Below, one piece after another: positions 1-13,065 of a stretch of DNA of 64,000 nucleotides. The position numbers were made by a program, and so were the translations under genes. How positions within the stretch are numbered: position 1 is the stretch's first letter; every line of letters begins with the position of its first letter. The notes beneath the pieces are model-generated. The model saw nothing but the letters and a program-made list of their open reading frames with translations. It was not told where the DNA came from and made no database searches. This DNA comes from Vicugna vicugna (taxonomy: Eukaryota), in the NCBI GenBank assembly GCA_013265495.1, contig MU058844.1, forward strand, positions 2,149,520 through 2,213,519, written 5' to 3'.

Positions 1-473
1 GACAAGATAGTGGCTTCTCAAAGATGTCCACATTTTCATTCCCAGAAGTTGTGAATATGTTACACGACAATGCAATAAGGAGTTAAGGTAGCTGACAGAA
101 TTAAAGATGCTACTCAGTTGACCTTAAAATAGATGACTACCCTAAATTATCTGGCTGGGCCTCATGGAATCACAGGGTCCTTCAAAGTAATCAGAAAATT
201 AATGTCAGAGTGATGTGATGTGAAAAAGACGCAACTGACCACTGTTGACTTTGAAGACTGTGGACTTAAGAGACAAAAAATGTGGACATCTCTAGAAGTT
301 GGAAGAGTCAAGGAAATGAATCTCTTTAGAGCTCCCCTCAACCCCCTGCCCCCCTGCAAAGGAATGTAGTTCTGCTGACACCTGGATTTTTAACCTCATG
401 AAACTCATTTTGGGTTTCTGAGCTTTAGAACTGAAAGATAATAAATTTACAGCTGTAATAGGAAAACTGATAC
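1..473 (+). mobile_element. MaLR LTR (MLT1-type)
   Basis: MLT1-like blocks: 'aaagatgtccacat..tcccaga..tgtgaatatgttac', 'gaatcacagggtccttcaaag', 'tctttagagc..ctgcaaaggaatgtagttctgctgacacctggatttt', ending 'gtaataggaaaactgata'. Subfamily recognised by eye only. Confidence 0.8.
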
Positions 474-1639
474 TGGAACTCATCTGGGTCCCTTCTTCCC
501 CTCCCCTCATTCTACGCCAGGCACTCTGGCCTTGGTTCTGTTACTGCAGTTACTGCAGAGTCAACCACTCAAGCAGGGCTTTGTTTGGGAGTCACAGCCA
601 AATATAAAATTGCTCAAAGCCAGCCGGAGATGGTGTGAGATGAATCATCATGGAGGACTGATGGTACATGGTCGACACCAGCGACAAGAGGCCACAAATT
701 CAGGAGCCACAAACTCCAGCTGCAGTAGTTAATCAGTGAAGGTATCGAGCAGAACAAAAGAATCATCATACAGATCCTGGCAGTCACTCCTCCCCTCCCT
801 TGGCCCCTGTATATTAAACTCCACACTTAGGTTCCATCCTATGGAAGATAATATTGAGGGAGTTAAACTCTGGAAGGCTAAATGGACAATCTAAATTGAA
901 AGAGTTCATTTAAATTCATAGAGGCTAACAAATTGCCAATTACTCAGTTCCGATTTCCTGTGCTCCACAGTCAGCGGAAGGGAAATTAAACAAAAGAAAC
1001 CTTTTTTTTAATCCCAATTTCTTTGTCCATCTGAATGTAGTGCATTGGTTTTCAACCAACATAAAATTAACAGACACTCTGTGACTAACGAGCTTCTAGA
1101 CTTGACTGAGCCCATGTCTGACCAATGAGAATATTCCTGAAGACCTTGAGTCTTTTAACATCTTCTTTCCACAAATTTGCATTATTTATGGACTGAATAG
1201 TTAGACATGAGGAAAGCTATGATGAACTCACTCATCTCTGCTTCCCCTGTGGGGTCTTTCTGATGACCTAATCTTGAATTTTTGCCATTGGAGTCACATG
1301 TTTTTCATCTGGGGAAAAAAAGAGTCAGAGACATTCTCTCCATTTGACAACTGAAAAAGCACAAGAATTATGAAAGGGCTCTTTAATTAATGCAGCAGAC
1401 CATAAGAAACCAGGCATTTGGAATTTGACGTCCTGAAGAGATCATTTCAATAGTACAAAGTAGGAGATTCTCCATGCCTGATACTAGCCGAAAGCCTCCA
1501 AAGTTAGGGCGACGGTATCTTCCACTATACAGAGAAGTTAACAGAGAAGTGAATAGAATTCAAACTTAAGATCTTCTACTACATAGAGAAGCACAACTAG
1601 AGGAATGAATAGAACATAACTTACTTTCATTTGATTATC

Positions 1640-1785
1640 GTAATCATTTTCAGTGCTTGTTAAAAATGCGAATTCCACAGTCACACACATTCAGTCAAGA
1701 TCTCTCAGGGAAATCTCTTGAGAATCTGTATTTTTTAAATTTCCTTGAATGATTTCAACCAACAACCAACTTTAGAAATCATTAA
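1640..1785. mobile_element. MER5-like hAT non-autonomous DNA transposon fragment
   Basis: 'gcttgttaaaaatgcgaattcc...tcaagatctct...gagaatctgtatttttt...tttagaaatcatt' follows the MER5 layout. Confidence 0.5.
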
Positions 1786-2739
1786 CTTATTTCAAAATTT
1801 GAGTTATGGCCAATTCTAACTAGAGAAACCAAGAATTTTTTTTTTAATAGGGAAATATCTAAATCAACAAATCATTGCCAAGATTACTATAATGGATCTG
1901 CCCCGTTTTCTTCTTGGAAACTCTTTTAGAAGGACTTTTATTGATGTGGTAATTCCATTGTTGTGCGCAAAGGGAGAAACTGGGCTGGGTGTGGGTTAAA
2001 ATATAATAGATTTGGATGGGTATCCAAAAACATATATTGTGTAGAAGGGAAGCTTAGAACACTAGACTTTTCAATATTGAAATAATTATCATTAAAAACC
2101 TTTGTGATTCATGAATAAGTCAACTACAACTTGTATTTTTAAACTCCAGAGCTATTTTCTAAAATTCCTTTCTGAAATTTAGGGGAATGCATATAACCCT
2201 GGGAAATATGTATCATCTGAAAGTGTATTAACTACTTAATCTTAATTTCCTTGCACATGTAATAGAAGAAAGACATTTGGGATGAAGGGTAGATATTAAA
2301 TTTCAGGACCAAAACCTTCAACACTAAAATAATGAGTGCTTATACACATTTGCTGTTAGAAGTCAATTTGTTTTTAGTGGAACCTGTTTTATAATGAGTC
2401 AATATTATGTCATTTTCAAAACATGCCACATGACTTCGGCACCAAAAAAACATTTCAGGAGTATTAAAATTTTCAAAAACTTTATAGTTTTATTATATGC
2501 CTACTGCACTCCTAAGAAAGTGTTCATTTGTAAATAGGTTAAGACCAAAATATTTTTAATCCTTTATGTTATTTGTGCACAGTTAAACGATTGATTAATT
2601 TAGCTCCTTGGAAAACACTGTGTTGTGATCCATCACAGAGTTAACAGAAAAAAATAGAATTTAACTTATAGAGCATACATAGACCTTCTATTCGTGAATC
2701 CAGTTGTGGGGAGGCAACTGATTTCCAAACGTATCAATT

Positions 2740-3080
2740 CCTCCATGTCTGGTACCTTTTGAAATCTTTCCCTCTGCCTGAAATCGTGTGAACTATTCTC
2801 CTGCTGGCTAACCCCAGCTCATCCTGCACTGTCAAGCTCATCTTGATTTTAACTTCTTAATGTAAAAAAAATCCTCTTCAATCAATGAGGCCTGGTTCTG
2901 GAGCTGGCTCTAGCTTGTTCTTCCTTCTGTAGATGAAGCTGTCACACAGCATCATAACTGCACATTTCTCTGCATCTCTTCCACCTAGACTTTGTTCTCC
3001 TTGAGGACGGGGCTACTCTCTAGTGCAGTATGGTGCCTAAGTCTTTATAGACATTTATATGTGGACTGATGAATGAATAA
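2740..3080 (+). mobile_element. LINE-2 3' end fragment
   Basis: Ends in an L2-type tail 'tagtgcagtatggtgccta...atttatatgtggactgatgaatgaataa'. Confidence 0.55.
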
Positions 3081-4074
3081 TCTGGTTTTCCTTCAAGGGG
3101 CAAATTAAAATTGTTGTAATTGTCTTACATTTCTTTTATAGGTTTCTATTGATTTTAATTCGAATTGCTAGTTGAGGAGTAACTCCATGAGATTTCTTTC
3201 AGTGTTTACAATCTTAAAAGTCTTAATTAGGTCCCAGCTACAGAAGTTAGAAGGAAATATTTTTATGCAGTTAACGCTTTCACTGATTATATTGAAATTA
3301 TATGTACCAAGTCCTGTTCCTGTCCATTGCCACCACCTCTGAAGTTCAAACCACCGTCTTCAATTCTCGCCCAGACTAAGGCCCTTGTGTGCCATTTGGC
3401 CTTTCTGCTTCCTCTTGACCTTCTATTACCTACAATCACTACCATCCCAAAGCCTTGAATGAAAAATTCTAAATGCATATTATGGACTGTGATGCCCCAC
3501 ATTACACGTCCAATGACAATTTGCATGCTGCTTACCCACCAAGCTTTTACCATCTGCCCCTCATTCAAAAACTCTGAAACCTCTGCACTGAACACTCTTT
3601 GCTCCATTTCTTCACTTTTTCCTTCCCAGCTGGGATATTTGTTTATCTAAGGAGTCTTTTTCTGCCTTCCAATGCTTGTATTCTCTTTCACTGCATCTTA
3701 TTGGCTGCTGTATTTTTATTCGTTTTTGCATATTGTTTAATGTAAACAGTTGTATGAATATTAAGCTTTTATGAATAGTAAGCCTAGTTTTATATGTTTA
3801 ACTTACAAAAATAAATCACTATATGCTTGCAAATGTTCTCAGTAATGTACTAACTCATTTAATACTCTAACCATTCCCCGTGATGGAGGCAATTCATTCT
3901 GTTTTACAAAAGCTGAAAACGAGGTTTCAAGAGTTTATATACATAGAGTTAGTTGCAGAGAAGATACCAGAGAGACAGAAGCAAAGACTCCCATCTCAGG
4001 GAATCTGTTGCTCCTATACACTGAAACACCCCCAAGTCACTCTCTTTCCTACATACTGAAAGGGGTGGATAGAT

Positions 4075-4290
4075 AACAGTAATAGTAACTAACATTTATT
4101 GAGTGTTTACTGTCTGCAAGAAACTTTTCTAAAAGTTTCACATATATAATTCATTTAAGGTCACAAGTAAAGTTTTGTAAGCTAGGCACCATAATCTTTC
4201 CCATTTTAAAGATCAGCAAACTGAGGCAAAGTGAATTGCTCATGATCACACAGCAGATATGTTACAGAGCACTCTTAACTGCTAGAATGT
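4075..4290 (-). mobile_element. MIR SINE
   Basis: 'taacatttattgagtgtttactgt...cccattttaaagatcagcaaactgaggc...ttgctcatgatcacacagc' is the reverse-strand MIR core. Confidence 0.75.
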
Positions 4291-5477
4291 ACTGAGTAAA
4301 CACACACACACACAGACTACTGCAGGGGTAGAAGGCAGAATGCCTTATGTTATCACTTTTCTATGTTTAGTTGTTATAATCTTGATGTACTTTCTTACTT
4401 TTGTCTTTGAAATGACTATTACACTTCTTCGTTATTTCTCTCCACTTAAATCCAGTCATACGGTGTAATCATGATAGATATATAATGGTAGACACATTCA
4501 AACCATAGCATCTGGCAGACATGCTTCACATACAGTGGCTTGTGTCTGTCTTGTAAACTTTAGAGGACATGTCAGAGAAACTTCTAGGTTTGAACTTAAA
4601 AGAAAAAACTATAGTGTCATGAGCATGTTTCTTGTGCTTTACCTACTTTCATAAAAAATAAAGGGAAATTTAATTCTTACTGATCCTGTACAACAAAATT
4701 GAAATCCATATTAGCACCATACATCATAGAATTGCATCTTCTATGTTTGGTTGGTTCAGTAATAAAGACAAGATAATCTGGAGAAAACTAGACCTGAAGA
4801 AAAGATTAAAAATAAATTCTTTTGAATTCCCTTATAGTTAAGAGTGGGATCATATTCCACCATGATCCTGTCATGACTCAGAGTTCTCAAAAGGTATTTA
4901 ATTTATTTTTCTAGATTCAATCAGATATTCACACTCACAAAAAAACCACTTAGACAAATGCTAAGACAACCTACCCTTGGATGTCAAAACACAGTATTTT
5001 AAAGATGTCAGCTTCTCCTAAGCTCAATTATAAAATCACTGTGATCACATTCAAATACAATAGTATTTTTTTTCTATAACAAAATATAAATGAAAAGCCA
5101 TCTGAAAAATAGGTAAGTTGGGAACCCCAAGGAATATTCTAAAAAAAATGTTTTGTTCACTCAACAAGTATAGATGGAGGACCTGTGTCAAGCCTAAGTT
5201 CCTCATTCTCATGGAAATAAAAAAGTTATAAAATACACTGCTAAAACGTAAACAAACAACCTAGAATTAATTTCAGAGAGTGGTAAATGGCAGGGAACAA
5301 TGACAATGTTAAAGCAACAGAGAGTAAGTGAAAGAAGGTCGCTGACCCCCTAATTTGAGTGGTTAGGAAGTCTGTCTGAGGCAGTGGAGACCCATGTGAC
5401 AAGTAGCCCACAATGAAAAGATCTTGGGGGACAGTTCTCAAAGTGCGGATCATGAACCTCAAGACTTTCAGAGAGTC

Positions 5478-7530
5478 CACAACATAAAAAAAATATTTTT
5501 ATAATAACATTAAGATATTTTTTGCATGTTTCACATTATCTCAGAAATGAAAAGCAGTTTTGCAGAGGCTACATCACACAGGACGTTGTCACTCTGATGG
5601 TTAATAGACTACCTGCTTGTGTATTCTTGTGCTTTCTAGAATTTTCTATAGTCATAGGTTTAGAGTATAAATGTCCTTTCAGACATTAATTTACTTTTTC
5701 CTCAATAACAATAGTGTGTTCCTGCTATCTGTCTTCGTTTACACCTGCTATCATTTCTCTGCTTGGCTATTTATTATTCAATGAATCATTATTTCACAAT
5801 CGTTAAATTCTCTGTGTGTCTAGACAAGTGAGCAAAAAGAAGTAACTGTACTTTGTGGTCTTGTTTTGCAATAACACTTTAAACTTATTTTCAAAAATAT
5901 TTCTAAATTTTAAAATTTTGTCTAAAACTGTTAGTATTTTGAATTTGATGTTTTATTCTATAAAATAAAAATCAATATATTTTTCTTGTATTTCAAGGTG
6001 GCTCATTGTTGTTAACAAGGGACATGCAAGGCTTTTTCTCAATCCACAGCTGCACTGCCCCAAATTGACATATCAGAGCACTCTCTAAGTCATGGGAAGA
6101 AGTAACCCACTCCAAAGGAGGTGAGTAAAAATGGAAATAAGCAACAAAAATATGATTAAAACCATATTATATCTTGGTTTTATAGATACCACTAACTTGT
6201 TTTGTCTTACGCAACAGAACATTTTAGATAGTTTCATGGTATCAATTGAGTTGTGGCATCATTTGGAGACCAATTAATCAAAGTTCAAAGAAGAATGAAC
6301 CAAATATTTAACAGTAGATGTGAGAAACTCTAAACATCAAAAATGGTTGACTGTACCTTTTAAACTAGAAATGAAAAGCCACTGAGCATTTTACTGGAAA
6401 AAGTGTATTGCATGGGCTGAGAGGTACACACAAAAGCTGATATATGAAGGTGACATTGCTGAATGCCTGCTGGATGGAAAGTCAGTGAAAGAAATCATAG
6501 TGAGCCACTTTCCAATGATGCAGTGAGTCATCCAGATAAAGATTTATCCAAAACAGGAAGGCTGAGTTAATATCATATCTTCTCACTTGTACTTTTGCCT
6601 TAAAAATGGACAATCTATAGACGACTCTGCCTGAACTAGCTACTTTCTAATGGAGTATTATTTTTAAGTGAAAATGTGACTTATACAAAATATGGTTTGT
6701 CTAATTGGGGTGTTTCACACATATAGTCTCAAAAAACAAAATGTATCTTTCACTTTAAGGAAAATAACTGACAATAGCTGACAAAATTCAACTCTCAAGC
6801 AAAACTTAGAATTTTAGAAATCAGTGTAAAAAATGTTCTTTGATGCGATTTCAAGTTCCACATTACACAGAACCTTTCAAAAACTACCACTTTTTGAGGC
6901 TTGATCTTTTCATTAAATAAGAACATTTAACAAAACAGAAACAGGCTCAGAGACACAGTAAACAAACTGATGGTTACCAGGGGAAAGGAGGTGGGAGAGA
7001 ATAAACTGGGAGTTCGAGATTTGCAAATGCTAACTAGTATATGTAAAATAGATATAAAACAAATTTCTTCTGTATAGCACAGGGAACTATATTCAATATC
7101 TTGTAGTAACCTATAGTGAAAAAGAATATGGAAACAATTATATGTACATATATGTATGACTGATGGGGTACACACCAGAAATTGACACATTGTAACTGAC
7201 TATACTTCAATTAAAAAAATAATAAAGAAGAGTATTTGAAATTATTTTTAAAAATATGGTAATGTACTTATTTTCCCAAGTAAATATCTGAGTGAGACAA
7301 GATTTTCTACACATGTATCAAACATAGCAACTACTACAGCAGATGGAACAAAGAAGCAGCTATATAAGAATCCAGTTCTTGTCTATTAAGCCATTTATTT
7401 ATTAAATAGATTTGCAAAAGTATAAAATAATTTCTCTCCTCTCACTACATATATTTTGGAAAATACAGGCATTTTATAAAAATATTATTTATGTTAACAC
7501 ACAATGAATTCATTATTGTTATCTCAAAGA
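5478..7530 (+). mobile_element. Charlie1-like hAT DNA transposon with decayed, internally deleted transposase, interrupted by an L1 fragment
   Basis: From 6452 it translates as DIAECLLDGKSVKEII, then after a frameshift PLSNDAVSHPDKDLS, resembling the Charlie/Buster segment DIAECLLDEKSVKEI..PLSNDTV.RRIKDL. BED-finger-like remnant at ~6165-6310; hAT C-terminal-like sequence at ~7270-7395. Confidence 0.75.
6928..7225 (+). mobile_element. 5'-truncated young L1 (3' UTR and A-rich tail), cetartiodactyl/camelid-type
   Basis: 'aaacaaactgatggttaccagggg...tatagcacagggaactatattcaatatcttgtagtaacctata...ccagaaattgacacattgtaactgactatacttcaattaaaaaaa'; homologous to the 9160-9445 tail. Confidence 0.9.
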
Positions 7531-7559
7531 ATAAAGACAAGAGACTAGCACTACCAAAT

Positions 7560-8300
7560 ATTATTTAATAAATAAAGCTTGAACAATGAGATCACTGAAA
7601 TTTTAAGCTTGATCATATCCAAAATTCATGAATGAGTGGTGGAAATATATCCTCATATACCATTGATGGGAGTGATAATCAGAACAACAATTAGACAATA
7701 ACTGCAAAGTCTTAAAATGTGAATGCACTTTTCTCCAGAAATTTCACTTTTGGAATTTTTCTAAAGCTATATTGCACTAGCACACAAAATTTGCCCAACA
7801 CAGCATTAAATGTTGTAACAATTAAATAGTGAAGACAACAAACAGAAAACACTGAAGCCACTGAAATGCTCACCACTGGGCAAAAAAATAAGTAATTTTT
7901 GATATATCCATTCAATAGTGTGCTCTGTAACTAAATAAAATATGACGCAGAGATACATGCGTTAATAAGACAAAATTAGATAAACAGTCTAGGTGAAAAG
8001 TGCAAGGCATATAGGATAAAAGAGAGAGAGAGAGAGAGAGAAATAAAATTTTGTTGAGTATATAGAACATGTGTGAAATACTTGGAGTAATAAAATTTAG
8101 AACAATGATTACTTCTGGGGAGTGAGATTAGAAAGTCAGTTAGGTGAGAGATTATTTCACATTTAACTTTATATCCTTGTATGCTGTTAAATGTTTCAGC
8201 ATGTTATATATACCATTCACGTATATTATTTTTACAATGCAAACAAATTAATGTAAAAATATAATAAACTCTATTATTCATAGTTCTAAAAATATTTTTT
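7560..8300 (+). mobile_element. Old L1 (L1ME-like) ORF2 end and 3' UTR fragment
   Basis: Decayed L1 3' blocks: 'cattgatgggagtg..aat', 'gcaatttcacttttggaattt'-like, 'tatccattcaatag', 'aacaatgattacttctggggagtgagatta'. Confidence 0.55.
8020..8041. repeat. (AG)n microsatellite
   Basis: About 10-11 consecutive AG units. Confidence 0.9.
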
Positions 8301-8544
8301 TCAGGTAAGATGCCAAGAGAAATGGAAGCAACTGGAGAATGAGTTTAAAAATATACAACCATATGCATATAAGGACTCTGAAGATGAAAGATAGTTCCAT
8401 GGTTCATAAGAAATGCTAAAATTATGAATGGTATTAATATTGATGCGGGGGAAGAAAAAAATTAGAATCAGATCCTTTACTACCTGATTTGAAAACATAA
8501 ACCACCTATTAAAACAGTGTTTTGATTTAAAATATGCCTGTTGA

Positions 8545-9480
8545 CATACAAATGGCCAGAAGGCACATGAAAAAAAATTGCTCAATACCACTAATTATCA
8601 AAGAAATGAAAATCAAAACTACAATGAGGCATCACCTCACACTGGTCAGAATGGCCATTATTCAAAAGTCCATAAATAATAAATGCTGGAGATGGTGTGG
8701 AGAAAAGGGAACCCTCCTACACTGTTGGTGGGAATGTAGTTTGGTGCAGCCATTTATGGAAAACAGTATGGAGATTCCTTAAAAACCTAAAAATAGACTT
8801 ACTATATGATCCAGCAATCCCACTCCTGGGCATATATCTGGAGGAAATTCTAATTCAAAAAGACACACAGACCCCAATGTTCATAGCAGCACTATGTCCA
8901 ATAGCCAAGACATGGAAGCAACCTAAGTGTCCATTGACAGATGACTGGATAAAGAAGTTGTGGTATATTTATATAGTGGACTACTACTCAGCCATAAAAA
9001 TAATAAAATAATGCCATTTGTAGCAACATGGATGGACCTGGAGATTGTCATACTAAGTGAAGTAAGTCAGAAAGAGAAGGGAAAATATCATATGATATCA
9101 CTTATATGTGGAATCTAGAAAAATGACACAAATGAACTTATTTACAAAATGGAGACAGACTCACAGTCAGAGAAAACAAACTTATGGTTACCAGAGTGGG
9201 AGAAGGGGTAGGGAGGGATAAATTGGGAGTTTGGGATTCACAGATACTAACTACTATATATAAAATAGATCAACAACAAGGTCCTACTTCTGTATAGCAC
9301 AGGAACTATATTCAATACCTTGTAATAGCCTATAATGAAAAAGAATATGAAAAGAAATATGAATATATACGTACAACTGAATCACTATGCTATACCCCAG
9401 ACACTAACACAACATTGTAAATCAGCTATACTTCAATTAAAAATAAATAAGTAAATAAGTAAATAAATAAATAAATAAAA
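8545..9480 (+). mobile_element. 5'-truncated L1: ORF2 C-terminus, 3' UTR and (AAAT)n tail
   Basis: ORFs 8534-8782 and 8697-9011 give L1 ORF2p C-terminal motifs ([49 protein letters not shown]) in two frames. Tail (AAAT)n ends at 9480; degenerate TSD 8529-8544 / 9477-9492. Confidence 0.95.
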
Positions 9481-12400
9481 TGTGTCCATTGAGATAAGCA
9501 CAATAGACAGATTCAGTACAGCCAATTTGAAAAATAAAATTCCATTGCATGTGACAGCACTTTGCAAAGTATAAGAGAAAGCAAAGTTTCATTGTAATAT
9601 TAAAAAATAACAACTACATTATAATTATAGTAGAACTTAATACAGTTAATTAAAATGACATTATAAAACAACATTTAATGATATAGAAAAGTATTCACAA
9701 CTTACTGTTACGTGAAAACAATTACAAAACTATAAGCATAATGTTCTCATATTTTTTGTGAGAACCAGCATGTCTGTTGTGTGTGTGGTTGCATACTCAC
9801 ACCCTAAGACAAGACACCAAAAGATGGTTATCTCTGGGCTAGAATATTAATTTTCACTTTTCCCCCTGTAAGTATTCTCCAAATGTGCTAAAATTCTTGT
9901 TTTCCCCTGCATATTCTAAATATGCTAAAACAAACAACCTTTATGACACTTATACTAAAAACAGAGTCGAGTTTGAAACCCCAATGTATAAAATGGTAAG
10001 AACAGAACTTTCTCCTTTACCAGCAGAAAATTGTCATTATATTTACCCTATTCTATGCTCTCAGATGACTTCCCTTATCCACATAGATAGATGCACAGTC
10101 ATATATCACTACATACACAGAGCACAGGGAAACATGGAACACCATTCATCACCACAAAGGGAAAACAATGTTGCGCTTTGTTTGGATGGAGTACTGGTAA
10201 CACATTAGCTTTAACTCTTCAGATGAGAAGAAAAGACCTGTTGCAGAACTTGGGGAATTGGTTTCATAGAACCCATTAATTAGATGATCTCTGAGATTCA
10301 TTCCAAATCTGTGGTTCTGTGACTCCATGAATAATAACTAAAATAGCTATAAAATAGTAAGCATTTAAATGCATTAATCACATATTATGCCAAGCCCTAC
10401 ACCAGTGGCTTTATACACGTTTCCTTTAATGCTCATAAGTTTTCCTATGGAAATCATCACACCCATTGTTAAAGATGACATTAAAGTTATCAAGATTACA
10501 TAATTTTTTCATTTTCACTTCTAGTAGGTTGCTTGAGAAAGTCTCTAATCTGTATCTCTCTTTCCACAAAGTCTGGGCTGTTTACTACTTTCCAACTACT
10601 ACTTCTCTGTCATACTTTTACAGAATGGTTGACAGAGGGAACAGTCAAGTTGCGGTGAGCCTGAGGGCTCTGAGAAGTCCTGGGTTGGATTCAGAACCAG
10701 GAGGGTGAAATAGAATGTCCCTCACTATCTTTGCTGGTTTCAGGTAACAGAGGGAATCCAGTTGGTGGGCTGAGGGGAAAACTTAAGTCATTTTAACACA
10801 GATTCTGATGAAATCTCCATGACCCATTACCACAAAGGACCTGATCTCCACTCATCAGGATGGAAAGATCAGATCTCACCCAGAAAGTCTAAAATTGCCT
10901 GTGGAAGTGTGCGTAACTTTGAATATGTAATGCACAAAGAAACTACTGCTCAGCTAATTTTTTTTCATTTTAAAACTATTACCAAGTTAATTCAGCTTTT
11001 TCTCAACAAATAATAATAGTGCCTATAAAATATTTTAAACTGATTGAATTAACTAACTTGTCTCAGCGCCATCCTATCCAACCTTTTTCCAATGAGTGAA
11101 GATGCTCATGATTTTGTTCTTCCATTTACTTGTTAGGTGACTTTTAGCAAATTATTTAGACTTTCTGAGTCTCCATTTTTACGTCTTTGAAAATGTGATA
11201 ATAATATCTATACGGATTTTAAAGCACAAAATTTAAATTTAGAAGTATGTGAAAATTCTGAGGGAAAAAGCATGGAAAAAAGTAGATACATCATAAATAT
11301 TAATTTAATTTCTTTCTAATGGCCAAAGAAATATGCTTTAAAATACACAACATTATCCAATTTTTGGTCTCACGGAACTAATTTTATAGAAAAAAAGTAT
11401 ACATGGACAGTATCAGTTTCGCAAAAAGCTCAGTCCAATTTAATAAATTTAAACTCTATTGCAGGCACCACATTTATTGCTTCATAAAGAAAAATCCTTG
11501 GAGTAACTAACTGGAATTTTTCAAATGAAATCTCAGATTATAGAATTTGACACACTTAAAGTTAATGCTTAGAATTGTTTTAACTATCTTCTGACAATGA
11601 ATCACCTCATTATGTGTGATGGGTCTGTCTGTCTTTTTTTTTTTCTTGATTTCTTGTAAGTTTATTCACGTCCTCTATTATTAAACTGAAGCCTTTCTAA
11701 AATTTTCTTTAAATATTACGCTATGAATCACCTTACAGTTTTATGAATTACTTTCAAGAAGATTATCTTTTGTTTTTTAACAGTTCTCTGACAAAAATGA
11801 GGCATTTATTCTAATATTAATTTTTCAGATAAATGCATTAGTAGTCATAGAGTTAAATGACTTTCAACCAGTCTCCTAGCTAAAAAGTAACATATTTAAA
11901 TTATTTTAAAAGGGAAAAATCTTACCATGTGGCAACTTAAAAGTAGCTGATTTAAGAGTTCTTATAAACATGAGGAAATGAAAATTTTGGGGAAAAATCC
12001 TACAAATAAAGCTGATACAATCACAAAATGGAATAGACAAGGAATTGAGCAGATCTCTCGTTTTCTAGAAGCATGCATCAGGAAATGATAAGGAAAGATA
12101 TATCAAACCAGGCCTTTGGGAGATTACAATTAAGCATAACTTGTACATTTGGAAAAAAATATTGCTAGCATGCAATGACAGAGTGAAAAATTATTACTTT
12201 GTGATATTTTTAGTATACATTTTTTTCATGTTCTTTTATGCTTTTTGGCAGTAAGCTATAGAATACTATCCCCAAGTGAGGTTTTGGATGAATTCCTAAA
12301 TTAAATCCACAAAATAAGAAACAGGCAGAATATTACTGATTGGTTCCAGACCTGAATAGCATAAAACGAGTCTGCTTAACATAAGCAAACTGGAAATGTT

Positions 12401-12899
12401 GATATTTATCATTTGTATCAGAGGATACATGAAACATTTTAATATTTTAGAAACTAACGTGTTTCCCTCTTGACCAAAAATTTAGTTCGTCCAAGTAAAT
12501 CAATATAGATTTCAAGGGTAATGAGCAAAGAAGGATTCAACTCCTCTGAGTCTGCTCACTTGCATTTTCCGGAAATTGTTCATTCTCTTTATGGTTTATG
12601 AGACCTTTAGATGGACATGGTATTTGGCTGAGAGAATTGCATTTAATTGTTGCCACAGCTATGGAAGGAGAGGGCTTTGTAAGAGAAATGTTCTCACTGT
12701 AGATGTCTCACTTGCAGCAGAACTCCAGTTCTGGTTAAAAGCTATGGTATTTGGGCTAGTTAAGCACGTATCTCTCTCTCTTATTCCATAGGGACTGAGC
12801 TGGGCTGTCCTTGCTCACCAAGTCCACCTGCACTTCGTTAGAGAGTAGCATGTTCCATGCCACACCACAAGAACCCCACAATGACATAACTCCATTCAG

Positions 12900-12991
12900 A
12901 GACTGGCGTGACTGGGCTGGGTTTCCCTCCCCCCCCTCAGCTCTTGTATCACTAAGAATCTGGCAGCCAGTTTCGTCCTGACAGAGTTTAC
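12900..12991 (+). promoter_or_regulatory. LUM: LUM core promoter (GC-box-like element, C-tract, TATCA box)
   Basis: GGGCTGGG 12914-12921, C-tract ~12925-12937, TATCA 12947-12951. As I recall, human LUM uses a TATCA box ~41 bp upstream of a start giving a ~74-nt exon 1; the same spacing puts the TSS near 12992. Confidence 0.7.
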
Positions 12992-13065
12992 AGCATATAT
13001 TGGTGGATTCTTGTCCATAGTGCATCTGCTTTAAGAATTAACGAAAGCAGTGTCAAGACAGTAAG
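12992..13065 (+). other. LUM: LUM exon 1 (non-coding 5' UTR); TSS approximate
   Basis: Matches the mammalian LUM leader ('...gcatctgctttaagaattaacgaaagcagtgtcaagacagtaag'), followed by donor AG|GTAAGC at 13065/13066. Confidence 0.85.

Noticed and set aside
8534..9011. 82-aa and 104-aa ORFs as host genes (also 25744-26142)
   Set aside because: Frameshifted L1 ORF2p fragments.
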